A stretch of DNA of 64,000 nucleotides from Candidatus Micrarchaeota archaeon (GCA_021850625.1 JAJZLJ010000002.1:15830-79829), one strand, 5' to 3'; positions 48,872 through 58,559 are shown, counted from the stretch's first letter. The notes: generated by a model from the letters alone, not told the origin. Numbers and translations are program-made.

Positions 48872-49648
48872 CTATCGGTATTTTCTAAATAAGCTTAGTA
48901 TGAATGAGATAATGCCTCCTTTTTCATAATTTTGAACATTATTTGAATTTGATGAAAAGAATCTTGCCGACTCAAAAATATCTTTTGAAAATATAGAATG
49001 TTTATCTAAAAGAGTTGCGGGTATATGCATAGCTATACTTTTCGGAACTACTTCGACTTCTGGCAATGTTGTCAATGCTTTTGATCCAAACATTTCCTCT
49101 ATTTCTTTTGTATGAAGTTCATATCTTTTATTTTTAACTCGGTTTATAATCATATTAGCTTTGAGACCATATTTTTTATAGCTATTTGCTAGTCTTACGC
49201 AACTTGTACAAGAACTAAGTTCAGGTGTAGTTATTATAATGCCTTCATCACACATAGATGAAAACTCAGGAACTAAATAGCCAGGAGCTGTATCAAATAT
49301 TATATAATCATATTTTGACTTTTTAAGCTCAGTTATAAATCGTTGTATCTGCAGCAAGGATGGATCTTTTTGATCTGCAACAATACTACCAGGAATTACT
49401 CTTAAACCAGTAGGAGTGTGTGGTATTGCAACATCATTAATTTTTGCATTTTTAAGTAGTATATCTGAAATCCCTAAATTTTGATTTTCTATGCCTAAAT
49501 GAAAACCAACACTAGGATTTGCAATATCAAAATCTACCAATAGAACGTCATTGCCTAATTCTTGAAGAACAGTTGCCAAATTTACGGATATTGTAGTTTT
49601 ACCTACGCCTCCTTTTTGGGATGATATTTTTATTAAATATGGTTTCAT
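48872..49648 (-). CDS. minD: MinD/ParA-family ATPase
   Basis: KGGVGKTT deviant Walker A, LVDFD, IFDTAPG, IINRV; amphipathic C-terminus GIISFILSLFRKYR. Confidence 0.88.
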   Translation of the reverse strand: MKPYLIKISSQKGGVGKTTISVNLATVLQELGNDVLLVDFDIANPSVGFHLGIENQNLGISDILLKNAKINDVAIPHTPTGLRVIPGSIVADQKDPSLLQIQRFITELKKSKYDYIIFDTAPGYLVPEFSSMCDEGIIITTPELSSCTSCVRLANSYKKYGLKANMIINRVKNKRYELHTKEIEEMFGSKALTTLPEVEVVPKSIAMHIPATLLDKHSIFSKDIFESARFFSSNSNNVQNYEKGGIISFILSLFRKYR

Positions 49649-51697
49649 TTAATCATTATTTTTCTCATAATTTCTTTCTATTTGATCCTTTATTTTTCTA
49701 AGTTCTTGGCTTCTTTCTTTATTATATTTTGATTTATTAATCTTTATAAGTAATGATAATATTAATATGAATAAAAATAATAATGTGACGCTAAGATAGA
49801 TTGTTGTTGAATTAATAAAATATCCAAAAGATGGAGCTGTTGAATTAGTAGTATTTTGAATTTTTTTATTGTTGATTTGAGTGCTATTTATTTTATTTGT
49901 AACTAGTATTGGTATTGAATAAGAATAATTTATATTTGTACCTTTTATTAAAAGGGCTACTAGCATTGTTCCGCTGCTCGAGTTAGTTGAAATATTAAAA
50001 TTAGTATAGAACAACTTATTTGGAGATACATTAAATGTTTGTATTGGATTTTCTATATTTAAAGATCCGTAATTAGACAGTATAAAGGATACCTTACTGT
50101 TAGTAGTTCCAGTATACAAAGAAGTTATATTTAAGTGGTTGGTAGAGTTAGCGTAGAAAGTAGGCACGTTTATTTTTAATATATCAAGATTGCTTAATGG
50201 AGTTAAGTTTGACTGAGCTGCAAATATATTCTGCGTGTTTTGTAAAAAGGACTGATCAGATATGTTTTTTATTTGATAATATGCATAGGTACTTTGGCCT
50301 TTTTGTAAATAAGGTATGTACCAATTTATATTATAATACCCATTAGAAGTAGTTAAATTATTTTGAACACCATATGCGAAAATCTGAGAGATGTTTTTTG
50401 CCGATGATAAAGGAAGTTTTGTAATTAGAGTTATATTAGATAAAGATTTATTCAAAGGTGCGGATATGTAAATAGTCCCAAACGCATCAGCAGTATTATT
50501 TGTTAATATGACTTGTGTGCTGATACTTGGTTTTAATTGTGTATTATTATAGATATCTAATGTTACAAACTCTTCTTGAGTCTCGCTTGTACCGTTTAAT
50601 ATATGAGCAGTTATATTTATTGGGATAATATAAAAACCAGGCGATAGATTACTACCGATAAAATTCAAAGATATTGAAAGAGAAGAATCAGAAGTTATAT
50701 AAATATTTTTTGAGGAAAAGGAGATAATTTTTGAAAAGTTCTGTGGAACTGACATATTTAAAATCTCTGGAACTGATCCAGTATTAAATATTTTTAAGGA
50801 GGATGTAGTTTCTGTTCCTTGTCCTGTAGAAACATATATTGGAATGTTTAGTATTGAAAGCTGTGGAAATGAAGTTATTAAATTTTTAAGTTTTGGAGAA
50901 GGTGAAGAGGAACCTTGGGTACTATATTGATTTTGTATTATGGTATAAACTATTCTTTTTTGTATATATCCTATGAGATTGGAATAATCTGAAGTGTTAA
51001 AAGATAACTTAAGAGTTGCATTATAAATTCCTGGAGTTAAAGTTAAGTTTTCTGGCGCAATTATTGAAATATTTTCACTTTCGCCAGGTGATAACGCTGG
51101 TTCAAGATACTTAAAATTATTTGAAGTAGGGCCAAAAATTGATAAATTCATAATTATATTATTTGAAGCTAGAGCACCAGTATTTGAAAGAGTTATGCTA
51201 AAAATAATTTGTGAGTTTACGTTCGTTTGATTTGGAACTGCTACAAACTTAGATATTACAATATTTGCTGGAAGTATCAATGAAAGTGATTTTTTAGTTG
51301 TATTATAAAAATTCTCGCCTGAAAATGAAATATTTATTGTAGAATTATTTGGAAAAGATGAAGTATTTAATGTGATTGTTGAATTATACTCATTTTTTAA
51401 ATTAGATAAAGTTAGGTATTTTTCATATTTTATGGAATTTGAATTTTCAGAGGTCACATTTAGATAACCAGAGATATTTCCAATATTACAGTTATATTGA
51501 GAAATGATAAAATAATTAATTGGTATTTGAGTATATTTTATATATGTTGAAAAAGAGTTAAACGTTATTTTAAAAGGACATATAACATTTACATTTGCTG
51601 ATAAAGAACTACTTGAAAAAACCGGCGATAAAAATAGGGATAAAAGCATTAATGTAAATAAAAATATATTAATAATAGTTCTTTTAAGTTTACGCAA
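49649..51697 (-). CDS. Multi-Ig (CARDB-like) surface protein with C-terminal TM anchor
   Basis: Signal peptide, SANVNVIC N-terminal strand, ITLSNTG..LSPGES..PGIYNATL, C-terminal TM and charged tail. Confidence 0.7.
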   Translation of the reverse strand: MRKLKRTIINIFLFTLMLLSLFLSPVFSSSSLSANVNVICPFKITFNSFSTYIKYTQIPINYFIISQYNCNIGNISGYLNVTSENSNSIKYEKYLTLSNLKNEYNSTITLNTSSFPNNSTINISFSGENFYNTTKKSLSLILPANIVISKFVAVPNQTNVNSQIIFSITLSNTGALASNNIIMNLSIFGPTSNNFKYLEPALSPGESENISIIAPENLTLTPGIYNATLKLSFNTSDYSNLIGYIQKRIVYTIIQNQYSTQGSSSPSPKLKNLITSFPQLSILNIPIYVSTGQGTETTSSLKIFNTGSVPEILNMSVPQNFSKIISFSSKNIYITSDSSLSISLNFIGSNLSPGFYIIPINITAHILNGTSETQEEFVTLDIYNNTQLKPSISTQVILTNNTADAFGTIYISAPLNKSLSNITLITKLPLSSAKNISQIFAYGVQNNLTTSNGYYNINWYIPYLQKGQSTYAYYQIKNISDQSFLQNTQNIFAAQSNLTPLSNLDILKINVPTFYANSTNHLNITSLYTGTTNSKVSFILSNYGSLNIENPIQTFNVSPNKLFYTNFNISTNSSSGTMLVALLIKGTNINYSYSIPILVTNKINSTQINNKKIQNTTNSTAPSFGYFINSTTIYLSVTLLFLFILILSLLIKINKSKYNKERSQELRKIKDQIERNYEKNND

Positions 51698-51790
51698 GTG
51701 ATAACCGAGTATTTATAGAAAAGAAAAATATAAATTCTATTCTAATCAAATGAATTTTGAATTTAAATGTCTAAAAAAGAAAATATTTTA

Positions 51791-52417
51791 TTATGCCTTA
51801 AAAGATGCATAGTTTATATATTTTTCTTCGACTTTTTTCCAATCTATGTTATCAATCAATGCGGTTAGATAAGACACTCTATCTGGACCATATTTATGAT
51901 AATAAGCATGTTCAAATATGTCTATTGCTATTATTGGAATTGAACCGGCTATGCCTCCTTGATTATGAAAATCATACATCACACACCTTAGTTTTTTATC
52001 ACTAAAAAGATCGTAAACGAGAACTGCCCATCCTCTTCCTGCTTTGCCTACTGCAGCGAATTCGGCTTTAAAATTATCGAATGAACCAAAATCTTCATTT
52101 ATTTTTTTTATTACTGAAAGAGAATCAGTAAACTTTCCGTCTCCGCCCATTGTACTCCAATAAACTTCATGTAAAATTTGACCGTTTGCATTCCAAGTTT
52201 CTTCGAGCTTTAAGGAACGTAATAAACTATAATTCGCGTTAGCCTTTGATTTATCTGAATTCTGTAGCTCTTTTTCTATTTCATTACGTTTATTTACATA
52301 TCCAGCATAGTGAGTATCATGATGCCATTTATAGGTATCCTGATCCATAAGTGTACTTACTTTTTCATAAGACACTGCCATATCCTTTACTTTATGTGAA
52401 CCTTCTTTATTACTCAT
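51791..52417 (-). CDS. sod: Fe/Mn superoxide dismutase
   Basis: WHHDTHYAGYVN, LHEVYW, DIFEHAYY. Confidence 0.95.
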   Translation of the reverse strand: MSNKEGSHKVKDMAVSYEKVSTLMDQDTYKWHHDTHYAGYVNKRNEIEKELQNSDKSKANANYSLLRSLKLEETWNANGQILHEVYWSTMGGDGKFTDSLSVIKKINEDFGSFDNFKAEFAAVGKAGRGWAVLVYDLFSDKKLRCVMYDFHNQGGIAGSIPIIAIDIFEHAYYHKYGPDRVSYLTALIDNIDWKKVEEKYINYASFKA

Positions 52418-52551
52418 ATTATCACTAATAAGAATAGATGCATAAAAGTTAAATTACTTTTATTGAAAAACATGCAATATAGTAATCAAACTATTGTAGA
52501 TTATTAAAAAAATTATAAAAAAATAAAAGAAAAACAAAAACAATTATATGA

Positions 52552-53112
52552 TTATGTTGTTGTCTTTGGCTTCTTCAAAAGCAAATATGCTGCTATTATT
52601 ATGATAATTATAACAATTATAGCAACTATCGTACCTAGATTGTTAGAGCCAGAACTTGTTGCAGGAGCAGTAGTGTTTTGAGTTGCTACAGGTTGTGCCG
52701 TTGGAGTTTGTTTACTCGTATTAGAGGTTGTTGAGTTTGTCTTTGTGATGTTCTTTGCAACTACTGTTGTCTTGTTGGAGGTTGTTGAGTTTGTCTTTGT
52801 GGTGTTCTTTGCAACTACTGTTGTATTTGCAGAGGTTGTCTTGTTGGAGGTTGTTGAGTTTGTCTTTGTGGTGTTCTTTGATGTTGTGTTAGCTACTATT
52901 GTATTTGATGAGGTTGTAGTTGTCTTATTAGATATTGTATTTGCAGTTGTAACAGCATTAGAACTAGAAGCTGTAGTTGTTGGCTGTGTTATAACATAAA
53001 ACACAAATCCACCAGAAGAACTTGTTGCAGCGCTTGCTGAACTTACAGCAAATGGAGCTACAAAAAGTACTAATGCTAATATCAACGCATACATTACATT
53101 TTTATTTCCCAT
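52552..53112 (-). CDS. Thr/Asn-rich mucin-like membrane protein
   Basis: Signal peptide, repeats KN(T/I)TKTNSTTSN, C-terminal TM and KKPK. Confidence 0.75.
   Translation of the reverse strand: MGNKNVMYALILALVLFVAPFAVSSASAATSSSGGFVFYVITQPTTTASSSNAVTTANTISNKTTTTSSNTIVANTTSKNTTKTNSTTSNKTTSANTTVVAKNTTKTNSTTSNKTTVVAKNITKTNSTTSNTSKQTPTAQPVATQNTTAPATSSGSNNLGTIVAIIVIIIIIIAAYLLLKKPKTTT
52724..52880 (-). repeat. Three coding tandem repeats
   Basis: GAGGTTGTTGAGTTTGTCTTTGTG(A/G)TGTTCTTTG occurs three times. Confidence 0.9.
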
Positions 53113-53258
53113 ATTTATCACTTATATTTTTAAAGTATGGTTTAAACGTTAATATTTAAATACTTATGTCTAAGGAGCTTTGCTAAAATATTCAATTATG
53201 CTTAGAAATTCGAAAGCTTATTATGCAATAGTCTTAGTCTATTCGTATCATCTTGCGT

Positions 53259-53296
53259 GTGACATCCTTCCACGGCTAAAGCTTATGGAACTTCCA
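53259..53296 (-). mobile_element. Degenerate right end of an IS200/IS605/IS607 (tnpB-type) element
   Basis: Minus strand GGAAGTTCCATAAGCTTTAGCCGTGGAAGGATGTCAC: GGAAG-hairpin with TTTA loop ending GGATGTCAC, resembling tnpB element right ends. Confidence 0.6.
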
Positions 53297-53388
53297 AAAT
53301 GATAAATTATATAGACTCGCTCTACGTAACGAATTTTACTACTTGATGCAATGCATGTTTTCAACTAATAAAGCACATACGTTGACAT

Positions 53389-54804
53389 TTATGAAGCAGT
53401 TATTACACTCGATGTTGATGCACCCTGCTCTCCAGAAACTCTTATTGAGTAATTATTACCGGGAGAGATATTTGCTATTATTGCACCATTTCCATAGGAA
53501 ACTATGCCATTAAAGCTTAACGTTACAGTTGAGTTAGGATTAAGAGTGTAACCTACAGTTTCGAACTCATTGTAATCATTAGGTAATATTAACGTTCCAT
53601 TTTGTGAGATTACAAAATTAAGTGTTCTATAATTTACAACATTTATTCCTACGTGCTCTTCAATATTGAGATCTGAAGTTTCAGTTGCATTTAAGTCATT
53701 ATTTGAAGATGTTGAGGAGTTATTGTCGCTAACTTCTGAGTTTGAACTTACTGAGGAATTATTCTCACCGTTAGAGTTATCTTTAGAGGTCATGGAGGAG
53801 TTTAAATGAGAACTGATATTGAGGTTTGTTTTTATTGAAGACTGTGAGTTTGTTTGTATTTTCAAACCTGAATTGTTATTTGTTTTAACTCCAGAACCAG
53901 CATGTATATTGGATATGTTTAGATCTCCATTTTCAATTATCGAATCATTTATATGTATTGTTGGAACGCCGTGCATAGATACCTTTGAACTTAAGATTCC
54001 TTTAAGTAGTAGATGATTTAATACAACACTTTGATTTCCATTGTTTTTTAAGGTTATTGAAAGATATGTCGTATTATTGTTATTTGATAATGAAGAAGAA
54101 AGTATTGAGACATTTGGCACTGAGTTTTCAAAGGTACTTCTTTCAGAAGCGTTTAGATTAAAGCGTGCACCTATTTTTACATTTGAACTTGATGATATTG
54201 ATGCATTAGATATTACAATTGCTTTTACAGATGGAACAAGAACAAATATTGTTGAATTAGAGGTAAAGATTGTTGCTATTGTTGGAGAAAGTTCTATTAT
54301 TACACTTTTATTTTGGCTCACACGTTCTCCAGAACGTAACTGTGCAATTATTTGATTGTTTGGAACAATTACAGAATAATTTGTATTATTAAGCTTTATT
54401 GATACAGAAGTTACATTAAATCTTACTTGATTTATAGTTGAATTTGCAGAAACAGTTACATTGCTTATTACTTGAGTAACATTTACTATAGAAAGTAGGT
54501 TAATCTTTCCGCTTTCAGAACCATATGCCCATAATGAGGTGCCATTTGCTAAAACTTCATGCACCCCTACTGATGAATAAGTAAGTAATATTGCCTGTGT
54601 TCCGTTTGGTGCTTGCGGAGGATCGGTTAACTGCACAGGCATCAATACTACATTTGCAGATGATGAAGATGAAACTGCTTGTGTAGTTATAGTTGTACTA
54701 TTTATATTCCCTGTTGAATTAACTCCTGCATTATATGTGAATGCAACATATAATACGGCAATTATTATCACTATTACGATAGCATATGGAATTGATTTAT
54801 TCAT
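53389..54804 (-). CDS. DUF4382-like membrane-anchored protein
   Basis: N-terminal TM, VQLTDPP, LTYSSVGVH, INLLSI, QVRF; S/N-rich insert. Confidence 0.7.
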   Translation of the reverse strand: MNKSIPYAIVIVIIIAVLYVAFTYNAGVNSTGNINSTTITTQAVSSSSSANVVLMPVQLTDPPQAPNGTQAILLTYSSVGVHEVLANGTSLWAYGSESGKINLLSIVNVTQVISNVTVSANSTINQVRFNVTSVSIKLNNTNYSVIVPNNQIIAQLRSGERVSQNKSVIIELSPTIATIFTSNSTIFVLVPSVKAIVISNASISSSSNVKIGARFNLNASERSTFENSVPNVSILSSSLSNNNNTTYLSITLKNNGNQSVVLNHLLLKGILSSKVSMHGVPTIHINDSIIENGDLNISNIHAGSGVKTNNNSGLKIQTNSQSSIKTNLNISSHLNSSMTSKDNSNGENNSSVSSNSEVSDNNSSTSSNNDLNATETSDLNIEEHVGINVVNYRTLNFVISQNGTLILPNDYNEFETVGYTLNPNSTVTLSFNGIVSYGNGAIIANISPGNNYSIRVSGEQGASTSSVITAS

Positions 54805-55027
54805 ACAAATACCAATATTATAATTTAATTACTATTAATTACTAATATATATAGATTATTATTAAAAACGGTTTTGATTTTTGATATTAATATTTAAAAT
54901 ATACGAAGTATATAGATATATAAAAGGGTTTTTATTATTAATTTGAAGGTAAATTTTAAAATATTAAGAGTATATCATAGAAGGATAGATTAATTAGAGG
55001 TATATAAATTAGTAATAAAAAATTTTT

Positions 55028-56812
55028 ATGGAAAAAATTAGAAAAGATAAACTTGTTTTGCAATCTGCAATGGAGTTGTTGCTTACATACGGGTTAGCAG
55101 TTTTATTAATTTCTATATTAATAATAACATTTTATGAGTTGGGAGTTTTTAATTTGAATCCCTCAACTTTAAATACGTGTGTTCCACAAACTGGTTTTCT
55201 ATGCCAAACGCAGGTGTTGATTAACAATGGAACATATTATGCTACAATTTCAGATTTAAAAAACTCCATTGAGATTGTAGGTACAGCTTGTTCAAATAGT
55301 TCTAATGTTCCTTCATCTAGTAGTTTTATATCATCTAATTTAAATCTTGTTGAAAATCAACAGGAGATATTAACATTTCAATGTCCATTAACTTCAAGAG
55401 TTATAGGAGCTTCGTTTAAAGGCAGTATTTGGATTAAATATAATGAGGGTGGAAATTATAACCTAATAAGTGAAATAGGAATAGTTTATGGCGTTATACA
55501 TACAACAAATCAATCAAGTAGCACTACAGTAACAATTAGCGTAGGACAATCAACTAGTTTGACATCGGTTTTTTCATCAAGTACATCGACTATATCAGGT
55601 TCAACAACTACATATGAAACAACAATACCAACAAGCGTTTCTACAACTTCTAGTTCTACCAGCACAGTTAGTACGGTTATAACATCCCCAAGTACTATAA
55701 CCTCTCCAAGTACAAGTGTAATAACCTCATCAACAACCTCCACTACAGTTAGTACAACAAGCAGCAGCACTACTACAATTAGCAGCTTCAGTCAAAATAC
55801 ATATTATAGTTATTCAGATGTTCTGCTTGTTTGTAATCCAAGCAGTGCCGAAAGTTTAGATGTATGTAAATATTTTTCAAATGCAAGAATATCTGAAGGA
55901 TTTAATATTTCAAATATATTGAATTTAACAGATATACCTACTTCTGAAACAGTAAATGATATTGTTACAAACTCAATACTATCACAAATAAAAACAAAAA
56001 TTGCAACTAGTAGAAATATAAATTATATAGTAACTACGTATGGAGTACCGCTTATAGACTCTGTAGATAGCTATTCTATAGACGCATTGATAGCAAATAA
56101 CTTAACTGATGTTTATAATATTGTAAATAATCCGTATTATGGCGTAATAAACTCTTTTGGAAAGGGTAATCTTGAAAATAACACATTTTCTAGTTCTAAA
56201 TACCATATGTATGAAGTTACACGTTTGGATGGCCCTACACTTCAGAGCATTTATAATTTAATAAAGAATGCCAATAATGCCAGTGATTCTGCCAATCATG
56301 GATATGTTTTATTGAATAGTTATAGTACAAGTAGTACTTATCAGGAGTATGAATCTCTTTTTACCAATCCAGCCCTTACATTAAATAGTTTAAATGTAAA
56401 TAATAAAGTAGTTAATACAAGTTTTATAATTAATGTAAAAAATCTTTCTGGATACGCATCATGGGGTTCTAATTGTGGCTGTAGTGCAGGTCAAAACTCA
56501 AGCAAATGGAATCTTACATTCGTACCTGGGGCCATAGGAGAAACCTTTGTTTCTACAGGAGCAAGGACATTGATACAGTATCCTTGGACTGGTGGACAAT
56601 CTTTGATCTCAGATTTAGTCATGGATAATATAACCGGAATAAGCGGATATGTAAGTGAACCATATTTATCTGCTGTTGAAGATCTTGAACTCTTATTCCC
56701 TGGATATTTTGAAGGGCTTACATTGGCCGATAGTTATTACAATGCAATGCCGTATTTGGATTGGAAAAGTGTCGTGATAGGAGACCCTAAGGCACATATC
56801 ACAACAATATAA
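55028..56812 (+). CDS. Class III signal pilin fused via an S/T linker to a TIGR03790-like domain
   Basis: LQSAMELLLTYGLAVLL, CVPQTGFLC, GSIWIKY; then YIVTTYGVPL, VTRLDGP, SWGSN, PGAIGETFVST.ART, GYVSEPYL, GDP. Confidence 0.78.
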   Translation: MEKIRKDKLVLQSAMELLLTYGLAVLLISILIITFYELGVFNLNPSTLNTCVPQTGFLCQTQVLINNGTYYATISDLKNSIEIVGTACSNSSNVPSSSSFISSNLNLVENQQEILTFQCPLTSRVIGASFKGSIWIKYNEGGNYNLISEIGIVYGVIHTTNQSSSTTVTISVGQSTSLTSVFSSSTSTISGSTTTYETTIPTSVSTTSSSTSTVSTVITSPSTITSPSTSVITSSTTSTTVSTTSSSTTTISSFSQNTYYSYSDVLLVCNPSSAESLDVCKYFSNARISEGFNISNILNLTDIPTSETVNDIVTNSILSQIKTKIATSRNINYIVTTYGVPLIDSVDSYSIDALIANNLTDVYNIVNNPYYGVINSFGKGNLENNTFSSSKYHMYEVTRLDGPTLQSIYNLIKNANNASDSANHGYVLLNSYSTSSTYQEYESLFTNPALTLNSLNVNNKVVNTSFIINVKNLSGYASWGSNCGCSAGQNSSKWNLTFVPGAIGETFVSTGARTLIQYPWTGGQSLISDLVMDNITGISGYVSEPYLSAVEDLELLFPGYFEGLTLADSYYNAMPYLDWKSVVIGDPKAHITTI

Positions 56813-56817
56813 AAAAT

Positions 56818-56927
56818 TGCCGTTGGTCGGATTTGAACCGACGACATTTCGGTATCTGAATTTATCAAACTTTTTTATTAAAAGTTTGTCTTCAGCCGAA
56901 CGCTCTCCCGGACTGAGCTACAACGGC
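56818..56927 (-). tRNA. tRNA-Phe(GAA) with 36-nt intron (56854-56889)
   Basis: GCCGTTG/CAACGGC acceptor, TTCGG-CT-GAA-G|intron|A-CCGAA; CTGA/TCAG central helix; intron stem CAAACTTTT/AAAAGTTTG. Confidence 0.93.
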
Positions 56928-56993
56928 GCGTTGTATTGAGTTGTGCCTTTCTTTTTATAGCTTTAAATATTATAAAGATATACTTATAAATAT

Positions 56994-58559
56994 ATGGCAG
57001 AGAGTATGAGAGCGTTAAATGAATTTCCAGGAGTTATGCAGTATATAAATACTGATGGAATAGAGATGCGTGAGTATCAGGAAAATATAATTGACTCTAT
57101 AAAAAGAAATGGAAATACGCTAGTCGTGCTTCCTACAGGACTTGGAAAAACCTTGATAGGAATTATTAGTATAGCTTCGCAGCTTTCAGAGAACAAAAAA
57201 GCTATATTTCTTGCTCCTACAAAACCACTTGCTGAACAGCATTATAACAACTTTAAAAAGATCTTTAAAATAGATGAACAGGAATTGCTACTTTTAATAG
57301 GAACAGTTTCGAAGAAAAAAAGAGAGGCCATGGAGGAAAATGCAAAGATAATAGTGGCAACGCCACAGACCGTTGCAAATGACTTGAAAGATGCTACATT
57401 GTCTCTAGATAACATAGGGCTTGTTGTCTTTGATGAGTGCCATAAAGCAGTAGGAAAATATGCTTACACATACATTGCAAATGAATGCAATATTAGAGGT
57501 ATTAAAATTTTAGGCCTTACAGCTTCGCCAGGAAGCAAAAAGGAAAAAATAATGGGGCTAGTAGAAGCGCTAAATATAAGGAATATAGAAGCACGCATAG
57601 CTAGTGATCCAGACGTTTCAAGATATGTAAAACAGAAGTATACACATAATGTTCAGATTGATATGACCGATACCATAAGAAATATAGCTAAGCTTATTGA
57701 GCCAGAAGCTGAGGTTGCTCTTAGAAGCTTAAATAAGATGGGCTTCTTAAGATTCAAGCGTTTTGATAGAATACCTAAAGGAATATTAATAGATGCAGGC
57801 AATCAGATAAGCAGGATAAATGCAGCTAATTATAGAATGGGGGCTATGTTTAGCTACGTTAAACTTCTTAATCTAAGCCACGCTTATGAATTATTGACAA
57901 TAGAAGGGCTTTATCCATTTTTAACTTATATGAAAGCTATGCAAAATAAAGAAAACAAAAGCCGCAGCGTAGAAAACATACTTGCAAATAAAAATATAAT
58001 TAAAGCAGTAGAGTTAGCTGAACAAGCAATTAAGAGAGGAGAGGAGCATGGAAAGATAATAGCTCTGATAGATATAATAAGAAAATATAGAGGAAAAGGC
58101 GTTATAGTCTTTGCACAATATCGTTCAACAATAAAGATGATTGTAGAATATTTAATAAACAATGATCTTCCTGCAAAAGCATTCGTTGGCAAAAAAGAAG
58201 GCGTAACTCAGGAAATGCAGAAAAATATAATACAAGAGTTTAGAGAAAGAAAATTTGATATTCTTGTTGCAAGTTCTATAGCTGAAGAAGGTCTAGACAT
58301 ACCAAATGTTGATGCCGTAATATTTTATGAACCAATACCTAGTGAGATAAGAAATATTCAAAGGAAAGGGAGAACAGGTAGATTCAGAGATGGAGAGATA
58401 TATATTTTAATAGCTAGAGATACTAAAGATGAGGTATATAGTTATATATCTGCACAGAGGGAAAGGAAGATGCTTGCGATTATAAACAAAATAAACAATG
58501 AACTAACCAGTAAAATAAGAGCAGCTGGACAGTCGACATTGGGTGGTTCTAATGCTTAA
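56994..58559 (+). CDS. hef: Hef/FANCM-like SF2 helicase, helicase domain only
   Basis: REYQ, PTGLGKT, DECH, TASPG, EEGLDIP, QRKGRTGR; no ERCC4 nuclease domain. Confidence 0.88.
   Translation: MAESMRALNEFPGVMQYINTDGIEMREYQENIIDSIKRNGNTLVVLPTGLGKTLIGIISIASQLSENKKAIFLAPTKPLAEQHYNNFKKIFKIDEQELLLLIGTVSKKKREAMEENAKIIVATPQTVANDLKDATLSLDNIGLVVFDECHKAVGKYAYTYIANECNIRGIKILGLTASPGSKKEKIMGLVEALNIRNIEARIASDPDVSRYVKQKYTHNVQIDMTDTIRNIAKLIEPEAEVALRSLNKMGFLRFKRFDRIPKGILIDAGNQISRINAANYRMGAMFSYVKLLNLSHAYELLTIEGLYPFLTYMKAMQNKENKSRSVENILANKNIIKAVELAEQAIKRGEEHGKIIALIDIIRKYRGKGVIVFAQYRSTIKMIVEYLINNDLPAKAFVGKKEGVTQEMQKNIIQEFRERKFDILVASSIAEEGLDIPNVDAVIFYEPIPSEIRNIQRKGRTGRFRDGEIYILIARDTKDEVYSYISAQRERKMLAIINKINNELTSKIRAAGQSTLGGSNA

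Noticed and set aside
52724-52880. Repeats as a possible CRISPR array
   Set aside because: In-frame coding repeats with related, non-unique intervening sequence; no cas genes
41618-56817. Integrated element bounded by tRNA-Trp and tRNA-Phe (likewise beside tRNA-Gln and tRNA-Gly)
   Set aside because: No integrase and no duplicated tRNA 3' end (att) seen; region includes sod; at most a variable region
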